Notes: generated by a model not told the origin, from the letters alone. A stretch of DNA of 64,000 nt from Geosiphon pyriformis uo1 (GCA_016748015.1 JAAOMT010000128.1:1309538-1373537); one strand, 5' to 3'; counted from the first letter of the stretch, positions 1-12,908 are shown. Made by a program: numbers and translations.

Positions 1-2494
1 ATTTGGGTAAGAAGTTGTTAAGCTTCTATATAATACATTTTGAATATCAGTGAGTTCTTTAATATCAATAATATTTTGATTAATAATGACAAAACAGTGA
101 TTATTTTTATCAATCAAGATGTCAAGATTGTCTTACTATTAATTAACAGTTTACCAATTTTGTTTGCTAAAAGAGGTAAATCACACTGATACTTGGACAT
201 TTTTTTGTTTACTGAGAGTTTGTTTAAGCCTAGTTTGGTTCAGGTTTATGTAAATGTCAGATTCTTTTCTAATGTGATACTAAAGAAAGCAATTATGAAT
301 AAACAATTTTCTTACTTGGTTTCAGTTATTTTGCAGCTTATAATTAGCTATTAGATACAGTTTAGTTTTATCTTGTCAGGTGTATGTTACAAGTAAGATG
401 TTATAATTAGAAAGAGTTTTAAGATAAAAGCTGGTTTGTCACATAACTTTTCCAATGAGATTTTATATCATTCTTTTTTGTATGGTTTGAAACTTTTTAA
501 GCAAATACAGTCTAAGGGAAATTGGCTTGGCTGATTTCTTTTTCCAATGCTCATGGCATCTTTGGATGTTTATTTAAATATAAATTTTTGGATTTACAAG
601 TTTTGAAGTGGTTTTCTTTAAATCTTTTACAGTTTCTTGTTAAGTTATATATTAGTTCAATAAATAATTTTTTGGCTAGTGTGATAAGAATCTTTTTGGA
701 AAATGAGTTATTTTTGGCAAACAATTTGTCCAGTGCTTTTCAAGAGTTTGGTAGATTTTTAATGTCTGGCATTTTAAAACAATTCTTGTATTATAATTTT
801 GTTTGTTCTTTGAAACAGTTTGGTATTGCATTTGGTGACAGACTTTTGGACAAAAAAGAAAAAATGATAAATTAAAAGACATTTTGATGGTGGAAAAAGT
901 TGGATCCAAGAAGCTTTGTTCCTTACTGGTTTGTGTAAACATTCGAGTTTATGTGCAAAAATGTTTCTTTAAAGGTTGATTCTTTTGTTGTTCTTGAGTT
1001 ATCTGTGCTAAATGTCTTGGAATCTGAGAGATTCTTTGAAATACGTGGTAGTCTACTGGAAATTTGGTCAAATTGCATTAAAATCTACACAGATAAGTTT
1101 TTGAAAGATGCTAGTTCTGTTGATATAATGTGTAAGGCAGCTGCTTACTTTCTGATGACAGACATGGGTATTGGAGTTGAAGTAAAAGAACTTTTGTCTT
1201 TTACTTTAGCTAAGTTACAGACTGTTGTCTTGGTGCTAAAGTGTGTTTTATTCTTATGTGCTATGGTTCTGTATCTGAATAGCCAATCTGCAATTAATGC
1301 TTGTGTATCTAAGACTTTATGTGCTGTGCTTAACTTCTGCAATTAATATTGAATAGAGAGATTATATATAGCCAATTTTATTAGGAATAAAGACATTTTG
1401 GTTAAGTGAATGAAGATTAAAGATTATTCAAGGATTCTAAACAATGTTAAGACTAATGTATTGGCTGGTGAGATTATTTCTTCTTTTTTTTGTTAAGTGG
1501 GGTTTGGAAACAAATTTTGGTAGCTAAAAATATGGTTGTGTTTAACAATACTTGTTACTTTGTTTATAATCTGTACTGGTCAATTTGTTGTGCTTATTGG
1601 GAAGCTGGTCTTGGTTATAACATAGTTCTAAATGTTTTAATTAAGAAGATAGATTAGACTGCTATGGCAAAGATTTGGCATCCTGATTTGCATATGTTCT
1701 TTGGGTCTACTAGTAGAGTTTTGGCTAATCTGTGTATTTATTTAATAAAAACAGTTTATAAAAAATTATTGGTAACAATTAGAAAAAAGTTGTATGATAA
1801 AAATTATTCTAGAGTACTATGTTTGCTGTGTGGTAAAATAAAGTTGTCTAATCATGTTTTTATCTATTCTGGTAATATTAGTCTTTGTGAAGACACTTTG
1901 GTTGAAACTGCCAAAAGATGAGTGCTATTGACTGGTTCTTTTTGTTTATCTATTTTTTCCATTTTGCATTTGTTGTTAATGTGTTTTTTAGATATGAGTT
2001 TATACTTTGCAAAAATTTTGTGTTAAGAGATTGGTGTGTTGAGACTGCTTTGATATTTAAAGAGTTGAGAAAGACTGCTTTAACTCTTATTGAGTATGTT
2101 AAGTTTGTAATAGAGCTGTATTATACTAAGATATGGCTTGTTTAGTCTAAGCACAGAGTGGATATGAAAAAAACTGGATTGGTTAGAGATGATGATTTGA
2201 TTTTGGGCTTGTTTCACTATTTGGTGTCTATGTTATTAAACAGAATAGTTTGTATGTTTAGTATTGTGGAATTTTTTGCTATTAGCTTTGATAGGAGAAA
2301 AATTTGTCATTTTTTTTTTGGTTTGGGTGGTGATACATTTGTTAATATAAACATATAGTGTTGTTTTGTCTGACTTAAGTGGCTGGCCATATGTAGCAAA
2401 AACATGAGCTGTATTTAGTTTGAACTACTTAATTTGGATTTATGTACTAGATAGCAGTTGGGCTTTATTTGTTAGACTTTATAATAATAAAAAA
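1..2494 (+). mobile_element. LINE-a: 3' part of a decayed APE-RT-RNaseH LINE (end of RT, RNase H, CCHC, 3' UTR, A-rich tail); runs off the window at left
   Basis: Colinear with 55000-57490: IYTDKFL (VYTDGSL), LAKLQTVVLVL (AELQAIALAL), CLLCGKIKLSNHVF (CCHC), shared 3' UTR, ataataataaaaaa tail; many stops. Confidence 0.9.
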
Positions 2495-5400
2495 TATTGT
2501 TAAAACTAATACTAACAAACAAATATGATATTTAAAAAACTATTATTATATTTTTTTATATATTTTGTTAATAAGTACTACTGTTTACAATTTTTCAAGC
2601 TTAATTTTGCTTTATAGTAAAAAAATCTGCTATATTTTTTGCAATTTTGTGTTTTATATACAAGTTTTTAAAAATATAAATATAGTCTGAACTGGTTTAT
2701 TATTTTCAAAATATACTAAATATAAAAATTTTGGTCATATTTTAAGTTTTTGCAAATTTGGTTTAAAATTTTTTGAATTTGATAAAAAATGTCTTGCTTA
2801 TATTTATGTAAAAAAACAGACTTCTGTATTTTATTTAGTTTTTTTTGGTAGTATAACTTAGGCTTTTATAATAAGTAATAATTTAAAAATTTTCTTATTT
2901 AAGTCATCTGTTAATGTTTTTTAGTAATAATATTGGTCAACAATTCTAAGAAAAATTTTGTTGTTTTAGCTTTGGCTTTTTATTAAACATTTTAAAACAT
3001 TCTATAAAACTTTTTTTTAATTATATTATTAAAATTTTTTACAAATTAAATAATTTTTTTTTATTGTTTTTAATATATATTAAAAAAACATTTGTTTTAA
3101 ATGTTAATCTAATATTAAACATAATTATTAATATGTTATTGTTCAATTTTTTTGTTTTATTTAATAATTTTAATATGTTTTAAATTTTTTTTCTAGTAAA
3201 TTTAAAGTCTTAACTGTTAAAATTAATGGTCTAAAACTTAATATAATGGTTTTAAAAAGTTTGATAAAATGTATTTTGAATAAATTAGAGTTTTTTATTT
3301 TTAATAAATAATATAACTTAAAAAATAACTATATATAATATTAGAAAAATAAATATTTTTATCAAACAAAATAATATTATTAGATAATATAAAAAATTAA
3401 AAAATAATATTTTAATTATAATCAAGCTTAAGTTTTATTTTAATATTAAATTATAAATTACAAATAAATTTACTAATGTAAAAGTGTTTATTTTTGATTT
3501 AAATTTTGAATATTTAAATATTAATATTATATTAATTATAAATGAATATTTATTTAAACATGTTTTAAAAATTTTAGAGATTTTTAATAAGCTTTTAATA
3601 ATTTATTTATTGTTTAAAAACAAACAATTGGTTTTTGTATTAGAATTATATATAGATATATCTTTAAAAAAACATTTAAATTAAGCACTTATTATAAACT
3701 TTTTTATAACTAATATATTTAATGAAAAAAAATTATTATTTTAAAAAATAATTTTAATAAAAATAATATTAAACACAATATTAGTTTCAGAAAATATTCA
3801 GATCTTAACTTGGTTAATTTTTTAGTTAATAGTTTATTTATTAAAGTTTTTATATAGATAAATTTTAGAAATATCAAAAAAACTATTAATTTTATTTTTA
3901 TTTTGCCAAATCTTGTAAATATATTAATTAACAAAAGAGTTATAAATGTGAATAAATTTTTTAATATTAATTACAATATTGTTTCTGTTATTATTGGTTT
4001 AAATAGTTTTTTAAATACTGGTTTAAGGTTTTTTTATGTTCAGATCAATAAAAATCACTGGAAATTTAATATCAAAAATACTAAAAAGTTAAAGTAAAAC
4101 TTGATTAAAACATCTATAATTAATAATATTTTTATGTTTATTAATAATTTTATTATTATAAAAAAGTTTTCAGATATAAACAAAATATAAGATATTATTT
4201 AAAAAATGATTTGTTTCTTAGCTAATAAAATATTTTTTAAAATTTGGTTTAAAAGATATAATAATATTTTTTTTAAATCTTTGTTTCATTTTTACAAATT
4301 AAAAATTCTGGTCTCTAAATTAGTTAAAGTCTTTTGTTTGATGTTAAATAGTAAGTTTAATTTTATTTTTAGAATTTTGGTTTTTTCTTAATACTAATAA
4401 TATTTATAAAATAATTGAATTTATAGACTTAGATATTTATTTTAATATTATTTAGTCTGCTTTATTAAAGACAAAAAAGTTTTATTAAGTGCTAAAAATA
4501 ACAAATTTTTAATATATTGAAAAGATACAGTTCAAATTTGCTATTAATAAAAGAATAAAAAATTTTGAAGTAAATAAAAATTATATAATTAAAATTGTTT
4601 TAGAGTATTTTTTTTACAAAGTGGTTCTAAATTATTTGGTATCAATAAAAAACCGGTATTAAAGTCTAAATTAATTAAATCTAAGATAGATAAGATTATA
4701 AAAAAGTAAATAAAAAAGTAAAAAGTGTTAAAAACTATATTTAAGATGTAATATTAACAATATTTTTGTTAATTTTTGTTGATAATAATGTTTTTTCTGA
4801 TGTTATGTGTTCTATTAGTTTTAATGAATTAATAAATATAATAATAGTGCTATCTGATAAAAAAACTGTTAATCTTTCTAAAATTTTGAATAAATTATAA
4901 AAACATTATAACAAAATAATAATGAACATGTTTTTAAAGCTTTTAAACTTTTATTTAATGTGTGAATTTGTTTTTCAATCTTAAAAAAAGATGTGAATTT
5001 CAATAATTTTTAAACCATATAAATAGAAAAATGTTTTAATAAATATTTAGCTTATTGCTCTAATTAAAACAGCTCAAAAAAAAATTTTCAAGATTTTATT
5101 TGACAGAATTTTTTTGGCATACAGTAAGTTTAATGTTTTTTATAAAAATAATTTTTTGATATTAAAAAATATGACAATACAATTTCCTATTTTTATGATT
5201 AACTTAATAATAAAAAATGTTTTAAAAAAGATTATAAGTTTTAGTTAATTTTACAAGATATGTATAAAACATATAATTTAGCAGATTAAAAATACCTAAA
5301 AAACAGCTTAATTAAAATTAAAATATGTAATAAATTTGTTAAGTTCTTTAGTAGTATTTATAATAATAAGTCAAACAAATTATAACTAATTTTGGTCCAA

Positions 5401-6531
5401 TAAATAATTACTGTATTTATAATAAACTAAATTAGAATAAGATTTTTTTTTTCTTTGATATATTTTTTATAATTCTTTTTTATGTAAAGTTAAATGACAA
5501 AAACAAGTGTGTAAATACAGAGTTGATTCTAAGTTTATAGTTAAAACTAAATAAATCAAGATTCAGACAAGTTTAATGTTTTTATTATTATTTATATTTT
5601 TATTAATAATACAATTTAGGTAAACAATAGCCAAGTTACAATTCAGTATATTTTAAATATTGCTAGTAATTTTTTTCGAGTTAATAATATTTTAATTAAT
5701 AATAATAAAATAATAGCTATTCTTATTAACCATAAAATCAACACTTTTTTATTACTAAAAAAAAAAACTTATAAATACTTGAATATTTTTTTGTCTACAG
5801 ATAGTTTGTTAAAATTTAGTCTGATTAAAGTTTATTTAAACATTAAATTTTTTACAAACAAGATTTTAAGAAAAGTTATATTAGACAAACAATTTTTTTA
5901 TTTGGTTTTAGCAGTTTTATATTCTATTATTAGTTATAATACTCAGTTTAGCTTTATTTTATTTAGTGTGTATAATAAGTAAAACACTTTGGTTTAAAAA
6001 AGTTTAAAGTCAAAATCTGGTCTGTTTTTGAATTTTTTAAGTAATATAATCTATTATTCTTTTTTTTATAACTTAAAATCTTTTAAACAATTGTAAATTA
6101 AATGCAAGTTAGCTTTTGTTTTAAGTTTTTTTAATATTAATAATATTTTAATAAATTATCTGATTATAAATTTTAAATTTTTAAGTTTTAAGTTGGTTTT
6201 TTTGTTATTTTTTTCTTTTTTTTATTTATTTTAAAATTAGTTTAAATAACAATTTTTTGGCTAAAGTAGTTAAGATTTTTTATGATCATGATTTGTCTTT
6301 GAACAATATTTTACTATTAGTATTTAATTTGTAAAAAATATTCTGATGTTTATAATTCTTAAGAATTCTGTTTTTTTTAATATTTATTATTTAATTAAAT
6401 ATTTTAATATTGTTTTTGTTAATCAACTACATGACAAAAAAGATAGAATTCTTGATTAAAACGTTTTTGGTATTAAAAACAGTTGAATTTTTATGGCTTA
6501 GTTTTTGTTTAGTTTGTTTTGGTTATTGTAT
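2495..6531 (+). mobile_element. LINE-b piece 1: heavily AT-decayed LINE (3' half of ORF1, APE, RT)
   Basis: Colinear by eye with 51780-55940 of the intact LINE, e.g. 5779-5982 matches FFTNLVLRRVISDKQFAYLVSAVL; broken at 6531 by an LTR with GTAT TSD; left edge approximate. Confidence 0.8.
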
Positions 6532-7353
6532 TGCTATTAAAAAATTTTCTATCTATTTCTTAATATTGTTAATACTATTTTGTTGTTATTTTTACTGTTA
6601 ATAAAAATTAGTAAATTTTTAACAAACTAATATTTTTTTTAAAGTATTTTTTATATTTTAGATTATATATGCTGTTGAATTTATAATAAAATAATCAATT
6701 TTATGTCAATTATTAGTGTAGTTATTTTGTAATAAAAATTAATTTTTTTACAGAAAATCTTAACTGTAAGTTTTTCAAAAATAATATATAGTTATTTTGC
6801 TATAAAAATTAATTTTTTTATAAAAAATCTCAACTGTAAACTATTTAAATAATATAAAAAAAAATTAAAAAAAATTAAATTAAAAAAAAATAAGAAATAT
6901 GTCAAAATTATTTCAAATTTAGGCTTATAAATTATTAACAATTACTAAAATTGATAAATAATTTCAAAATTTTAATATAGAATAATTAATTATAAAACAA
7001 TAATAAATAAAAAATTTTTATATTTTTTAAGATAAATTTTATTTAAACTAATTTGTAAAGCAAATTATTTTAAAAAATTTTCAATAAAAGATATATTTTC
7101 TTAAAAAGAGAAGCTTTTCTTTTATACAACTTGTTATAGTACTATTTTATAATCTAGCAAATTTTTTTTCTAATATTTTAACAAATTAAAAATATATTTT
7201 ATTAAATTACAAATTATTATTATAAATTATAGATTATTTTAATAAACTATTAAATATTTTATTGAAATATTAAATATTTTAGTAAATTCTAAATATTATA
7301 TAGTTTAGTATATTACATAATTTAATCATTACAATTTGGTTATATTTGTGTTC
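6532..7353 (-). repeat. B-type solo LTR, piece 1 (piece 2 at 44638-44772)
   Basis: Reverse complement resembles LTRs 11912-12890 and 46617-47578; GTAT at 6528-6531 is repeated at 44773-44776. Confidence 0.75.
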
Positions 7354-8004
7354 TTTTTTTATTTTATTTTATTTTATTTAATAAGTGCAGCTTAATTGCT
7401 ATTTAGTATATAAAACCAAAACCAAAAGTTCTAGTTAAATACAATTCACATTTTTTTTATATGTAATCAGTTATTTAAACCAATTAAAAACATATTATGT
7501 TGATGCTTTAAAAGAAAACTTACTCAAAAAAAACATTTTTTGAACAACTTTAAATAATATAACACTATTAAGTACCAATTTTACTTATCAATTAGCTGTT
7601 TTAAATACATTAAATTTGACATTAGCAGGTTTATGTTTCCAAATACAGCAAATTAAAAAACATATTATTGTTAATAATAGACAAACTTACATAAAGACAA
7701 AACATGTTAATATTAATAAAACTACACTTAGTTTTCAAAACAACTATCTTCTGTTCTAGTTTATTAACAGTTTTGCTAAAAGTACTTATGTATACTAAAA
7801 CTTTTATTAACTTTAAAACCAAGAGTGCTATTTAAAACCAAATTCTTATTAACAAATTGTTTAAACACTTTAATTATAAAGCCAACTAGCTTAACTATAG
7901 AATTGATTAAAACAGAAAGCTTGGCTAACTTAAATATTAGAGAGATTAATCAAAAAAAATCACAGAATTATCAGTTATTATATTAGTAGAAGAAGCTAAA
8001 CCAA
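7354..8004 (-). mobile_element. ORF1-only (HAL1-like) LINE derivative, 3' piece: ORF1 C-terminus, LINE 3' UTR, (AAAAT)n tail
   Basis: Reverse complement of 7360-7495 matches the LINE 3' UTR (tttatatactaaatagcaattaagct vs tttatgtactagatagcagttgggct near 2435-2465); coiled-coil-like ORF 7631-7822 lies directly upstream with no ORF2. Confidence 0.7.
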
Positions 8005-8889
8005 TGTTACTCATAGAAATATAGAAATTATATTAGCATAATTATTAGCCAATCAGAAGTAAGCGTAGTAAATGTGGAATTCCAGGATTCCTCTTAGGAA
8101 TTGCAGGATTCCAGGAATTTCAGGATTCTCAACAAGGAATTGCAGGATTTCAGAATTTCAGGATTCCTCTCAAAGGAATCGCAGGATTTCAGAAATTCCA
8201 GGATTCCTGTTGTAAAAAATCGAGAAATTGAGGAATCTCAATTATGTATATATAGCAGTAGTGTTAGAAACAGAAAAAAACAGAATCGATACCACAGAAT
8301 CCTTAGTCAAGAAACTAATCATCAAATAAATAATCATTCTATATCTCAATCTACTCTTTACTATCAACCTTTCATGTTGATAGTAATTGATACTTAACCA
8401 TGCTAGAACAATAGCTCTTGATCACAACTATTGACGGAATACTAATCTGCAAATTGCCTTGGCTTATTTTTTTTCTTTCTTTATTTTCTTTTATTTCTCT
8501 TTCTTTATTTTATTTTGATTTGGTTGTTGTATACTAATTGATTAAAGATTAAGCGCTGAGTTATTGATGTCAAAGATAGCCTGGTAAAAGACCCAGAAAT
8601 AAGGGTAGGATTTTATATATTATCAAATAGCTTACCAGAAGGACACGACTGCCAGAATAAATCCGGCCGCCAAGCTGAGAAAAAAATTGGGCATAATTGT
8701 GACTCCAAGACAACTACTACCAACACCACTGAATTTCTGTCCATTATACAAAGGACTCAACCAAAACCTTCAGATCCATAAAAATCTTCAGATACAACAC
8801 CTTCAGACCACTATCAACTGCAATTAGCCTTGAGCATCAAGTTACAGGTTTGTTATTTAATTTGACAGCAGAATTAATCACCTGTAACA
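8005..8889 (+). repeat. 5' LTR of A (885 bp)
   Basis: TGTTAC...GTAACA; direct repeat of 27153-28045; CCAAT box ~8049, TATATATAG ~8247. Confidence 0.97.
8076..8207 (+). repeat. U3 tandem array of GGAATT(C/G)CAGGATTCC-type units
   Basis: Visible repeats; one extra 8-bp unit in the 3' LTR; also at about 31670-31810 and 40980-41110 (minus). Confidence 0.9.
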
Positions 8890-8907
8890 TTTGATGCTCC
8901 CTGTGAG
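8890..8907 (+). promoter_or_regulatory. Primer binding site of A
   Basis: TTTGATGCTCCCTGTGAG directly after the LTR (TTTGGTGCTCCCTATGAG in C); complementary to a tRNA ending ...GGGAGCACCA. Confidence 0.85.
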
Positions 8908-8951
8908 ATATAATCCTACAGAGAACCAGCACCAACAACACCAAACCAAAA

Positions 8952-11911
8952 GTGGCAGAATCAGAAACTATAGGAGCAAACCATTTAGGATTCACAAAAT
9001 CCTTATTTCAACACTATTGTCAATACTTGGGATTAAACCACAATCATATATTCGCCAAATCAGTCTTCAATTTCTATGTCAATGAAAAGATTTCCTCTTT
9101 ATTAGGAACACCAGTGAATACTGAATCAGCAAGAAAAACTTTCTATAAGGAATTAATTCAAAACACCAACCTACCAACAAATCATAATTTTGCATCTATC
9201 ATCACTGAGATCAACAAAGAAATTGAACATCACACTCAACAAAGATACCCAATTACATACACTAGTAAAGGCAAGGGAAAATTACAAACACCAGCAGTAA
9301 CACCCAGAAAAATACAGCCACCTGCTTGAAAGAAAAACAGAGTTGAATCCCCAAGCAACTCATCCTACCACTATACACCTGGAAGCGCCATCAACATATC
9401 ATCAACAGACACGTTCACATCAACTGCGACATCAGCATTTGGACAATTCCCATTCCAAAGTAGATAAAAAAAAACAGAATTGTTAGGACCATATGGTGAA
9501 TACTTTGAGGGATTTAATTTGCAATCATCAACCCCATCGGGACTTTGATCACCACCACCTCCACCAGATTTTGGAATCTCTGATCCATGGGAAGCAGCGG
9601 AATCAGAAAAGGAGGAAGAAGAATTAGAGAATCAAAAATTCACTTACAAGCACTCGATTACTGAAAATCCGGAAGTTGAAACCCTGAACATTCAAACTCA
9701 GCAACAGTTAAAAAATCCAGAAATCGAAACTCCGAATATTCGAATGCCGCCAAATCAAAGAAATCAAAACCCTGAATTAATTAATCAGCAAAACTTACCT
9801 CTGGTAATTGTCATCGATCAACCACCAATTAATCCCGTAGCCAAACTCATACAACAGCCACTTCAACTATCACCCCAACAGCCAGGACAACAACAACTGC
9901 TTCAACAGCCACTACAATCACCTAACTTAGATCCAATAGCCTACACACCAATCGCAAAACTTGACAACTTTACTGGTAAAGAGGATGATACTCAAATATG
10001 GCTAAACAATGTAAAAAAAGCCATCACAGCCAATGGATGGAATGATGCTTAAACAATGCAAGCCATTCCCTACTTTTTCAAGGATACCACCAATTCATGG
10101 TATCAGAGCTTGGTTAATAAACCACAAGATTTCAATGCCTTCAAAGTGGAATTTCTAAGATACTTCAGCAACAATAACAGCATCAATTGCCTAGTTAATG
10201 CATTCACCACCATAAAACAAGGAGAAACTGAAGCAGTCACCACTTACCTGAGATGCTTCCATCGAAACCTATGCCAAATTCAAGCAATTGACGCCAATTA
10301 TTTCACAGCACCACAGATACTCAATCAGTTTATTCATGGCCTACACAGCAGTATCTTGCAACATATACGTTCATTGCATCCAGGTATCCTTCAAGACGCA
10401 GTTACACGCGCCAGATATTTTGAATCTGCCAAGTCAGAGGCTAACCACGCCCAAGCCATTAACCTAGTAATAAACAGATTATCTGAATTGGATTCCAAAT
10501 TGGAGAAGTTCAGTGAATTAATTAATAAGAGATTGGAAGGATACTTAGCTGACAATCATGTCATTTATCAGCCTCTACAACGACACAATAATCAAGGAAA
10601 TTCTAATCATGGCCAAAATCAACTACATCCATCTTTATCGACCAATCAACAGTGGCAACAGGAAACGCATATCTGCCACTATTGTGGTAAACAAGGACAT
10701 ATCCAAATTGACTGTTGCCAGCGCCTAAATAACCAATAATCGGGAAATCAATATCGAAACCCCAATTGTCGGTTCCAAACTCCGAATCATTATCCAAATC
10801 AGAGTCAAGACCAATATTGAAATAATTACCTGCCCATGATGCAACAACCAATCTATCAACTGTCAGTATATCAACCTTCGATTCCTCAGCCGCAGCCACA
10901 AGTAATATATCAACCGCAGCCACAAATTATTTATCAACCCCAACCAATTTAAACACCAACCCAGAACCCAGCTCAAATAACATCAGGCAACCCTCGATTC
11001 AGAGTCACTCAAAACTGGAGATTGGCAATAGTTGTTTACCAACCAATCTCCAGTTCACTAAACCTACCATCAGGATTATGCACCTGGAATTTAGATACCA
11101 GTCACATCCAAAACCCAAATTCTCAACATTATTTAAGTCTCCTAGTTACCCCAGAAAATGCCACATCTAACAACACAGAATCCAATCAGCACATCCTTAC
11201 CAACACCATTCCACCAGCAACCATCTCTAGTGACAAATCCCTAGCAGCCATCTTTCTTTTTGAACTTGAAGAAAACACACCAATACCGTTATTCAGTAGA
11301 GCCGCCCTCGAAGAGAAACCCATAACAGCAATGTACATGGATGCCAGAGTTGATGGTCACTCCATCAAACTCATCCTAGATAGTGAATCAGCTGGCAGCA
11401 TAATCACTAAACAACTCATGGATCAATTAGGTCACCGAGTTGATCGAGCTGCCAGCACCAGAATCATCACAGCCAATGGAGTGACCAAAACTCCAATTGG
11501 CAAAATTGACAATTTCCCTTTTGAAGTCAATAGCATCGTAACTCCCATTAAAGTTCTAGTAATGGAAGCCACTCAATACCAAGCTTTCGTTGGTAATGAC
11601 TGGCTATTCAAAGTTAATGCAACATTAGACTGGAACATCCAGGAACTTCAGCTAATGTATCAGGGCCAACACATATGTGTCCCAGCCATGTGTGGCCACT
11701 TCAAAACTCCTCCAAGAGAGAAACTATTAATTGAGCTGGAGAAGGAGAAAGAAAAGCCTACCTGGGAAGCCTACCAAGTATTGTGGGCTGACGAAGAGCA
11801 CAATGAGCTGCCGCCAATACTCTCTTAAGACAACAACAACAAGGGAAAAGGGAAACAAAAGGAAGAACTTACCTGGGAAACCGATGACCTGACATGAACC
11901 GACAATGATGA
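8952..11911 (+). pseudogene. gag: A: gag (N-terminal extension, capsid, CCHC knuckle) and aspartic protease
   Basis: ORFs 8952, 9744, 10056 and 11022 share one frame; CHYCGKQGHIQIDC knuckle; LILDSESAGS protease motif; in-frame stops. Confidence 0.92.
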
Positions 11912-12890
11912 TATTATCAGACGAAATTAGAAATATCATTTAGCATGAAACTATCTTATAATTCCTATCATTAATTAGCATATATTATCGTTTCAAATTA
12001 TTACTTATTACATTAGCAAAGAATGTCCGAAATTATCATTTAATTAATAACCCAAATTGTACACAACACAAATGTAACCTAATTGCGATGATCAATCATG
12101 CAATACCCCGAACTATGTAACATTCAAAAGTTCGCTGAAATTTATAAAAATTTACCAAAATAATTGATAGTTCACCAAAATATCTAATAGTTCGCAGAAA
12201 TAACTTGTAGTTCGCCGAAATATATCTTTAGTTCAGCAAAATTGTAGAAAATAGCAAAGTTCACATAGAATAGTGTTATAACAAGTTGTATAAAAGAAGA
12301 GCTTCTCTCTTCGAGAAAATATATCTTATTTTAGATTTATCTCTTAAAACCATTCCTATACACACAAAAAAAAATAAATATCAAATAATTCGAAAAACCA
12401 AATTCTTTAATTATTGTACTTGGAAAATCTCCAAAACCCAACTAACATTTCGAAATTGATTAGCTACCAATTTCAGTAAACTGTTAGTAACTCCAGGCCT
12501 GAATAGAAAACGTTTCTCATAACAAAATTCTATTTCTGTTACATTTTTTTTATTTTTTTTTATTTTTCTTATTACAATTATTAGGGTAGTCTACAGACGA
12601 GATTCCTGTAGAAGAGTTGACTTTCACAGCAAAGTAACTACACATTTTTAGTGAGCTTCCAGACGAGCAATTCTTGGGAAAGAGTTGACGTTTACTACAA
12701 CGTAACTACATAAAGCAACTGGCATGGAATTGGCCATTCTACTCATAAGCCCAGCAAGTTCAAATTATAGGAGATAATTTGAAGTTAAAAATTCAGTTAC
12801 TGGAGGTTCAATTACATCTAGAAAACGTGAATTCACAGCAAATAAGTATCAACAACATTACAGAAAAGAGACCAAAAACCTCCAGTAACA
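11912..12890 (+). repeat. 5' LTR of B (979 bp)
   Basis: T(G>A)TTA(C>T)...GTAACA; direct repeat of 20776-21758; AGTTCGCCGAAAT-type array ~12128-12265; TATAAAA ~12288. Confidence 0.96.
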
Positions 12891-12908
12891 TTTGGTGCTC
12901 TTCCACGG
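12891..12908 (+). promoter_or_regulatory. Primer binding site of B
   Basis: TTTGGTGCTCTTCCACGG right after the LTR. Confidence 0.85.

Noticed and set aside
3484-7822. Short I/L/F/K/N-rich ORFs resembling mitochondrial or membrane genes (also 42097, 44116, 60508, 63142, 63198)
   Set aside because: They are AT-decayed LINE/LTR sequence or tandem arrays, colinear with better preserved TE copies in this window
8076-8207. Regular short repeats that could be mistaken for a CRISPR array
   Set aside because: No unique spacers and no cas genes; they lie in LTR U3 and are duplicated with the LTR
12591-12760. Hammerhead, twister or hairpin ribozyme in the LTR leaders
   Set aside because: CAGACGAG is not CUGANGA and has no GAAA/UH partner; twister- and hairpin-like words (UAA, AAGCCC, AGAA) have the wrong spacing; kept only as an unassigned structure
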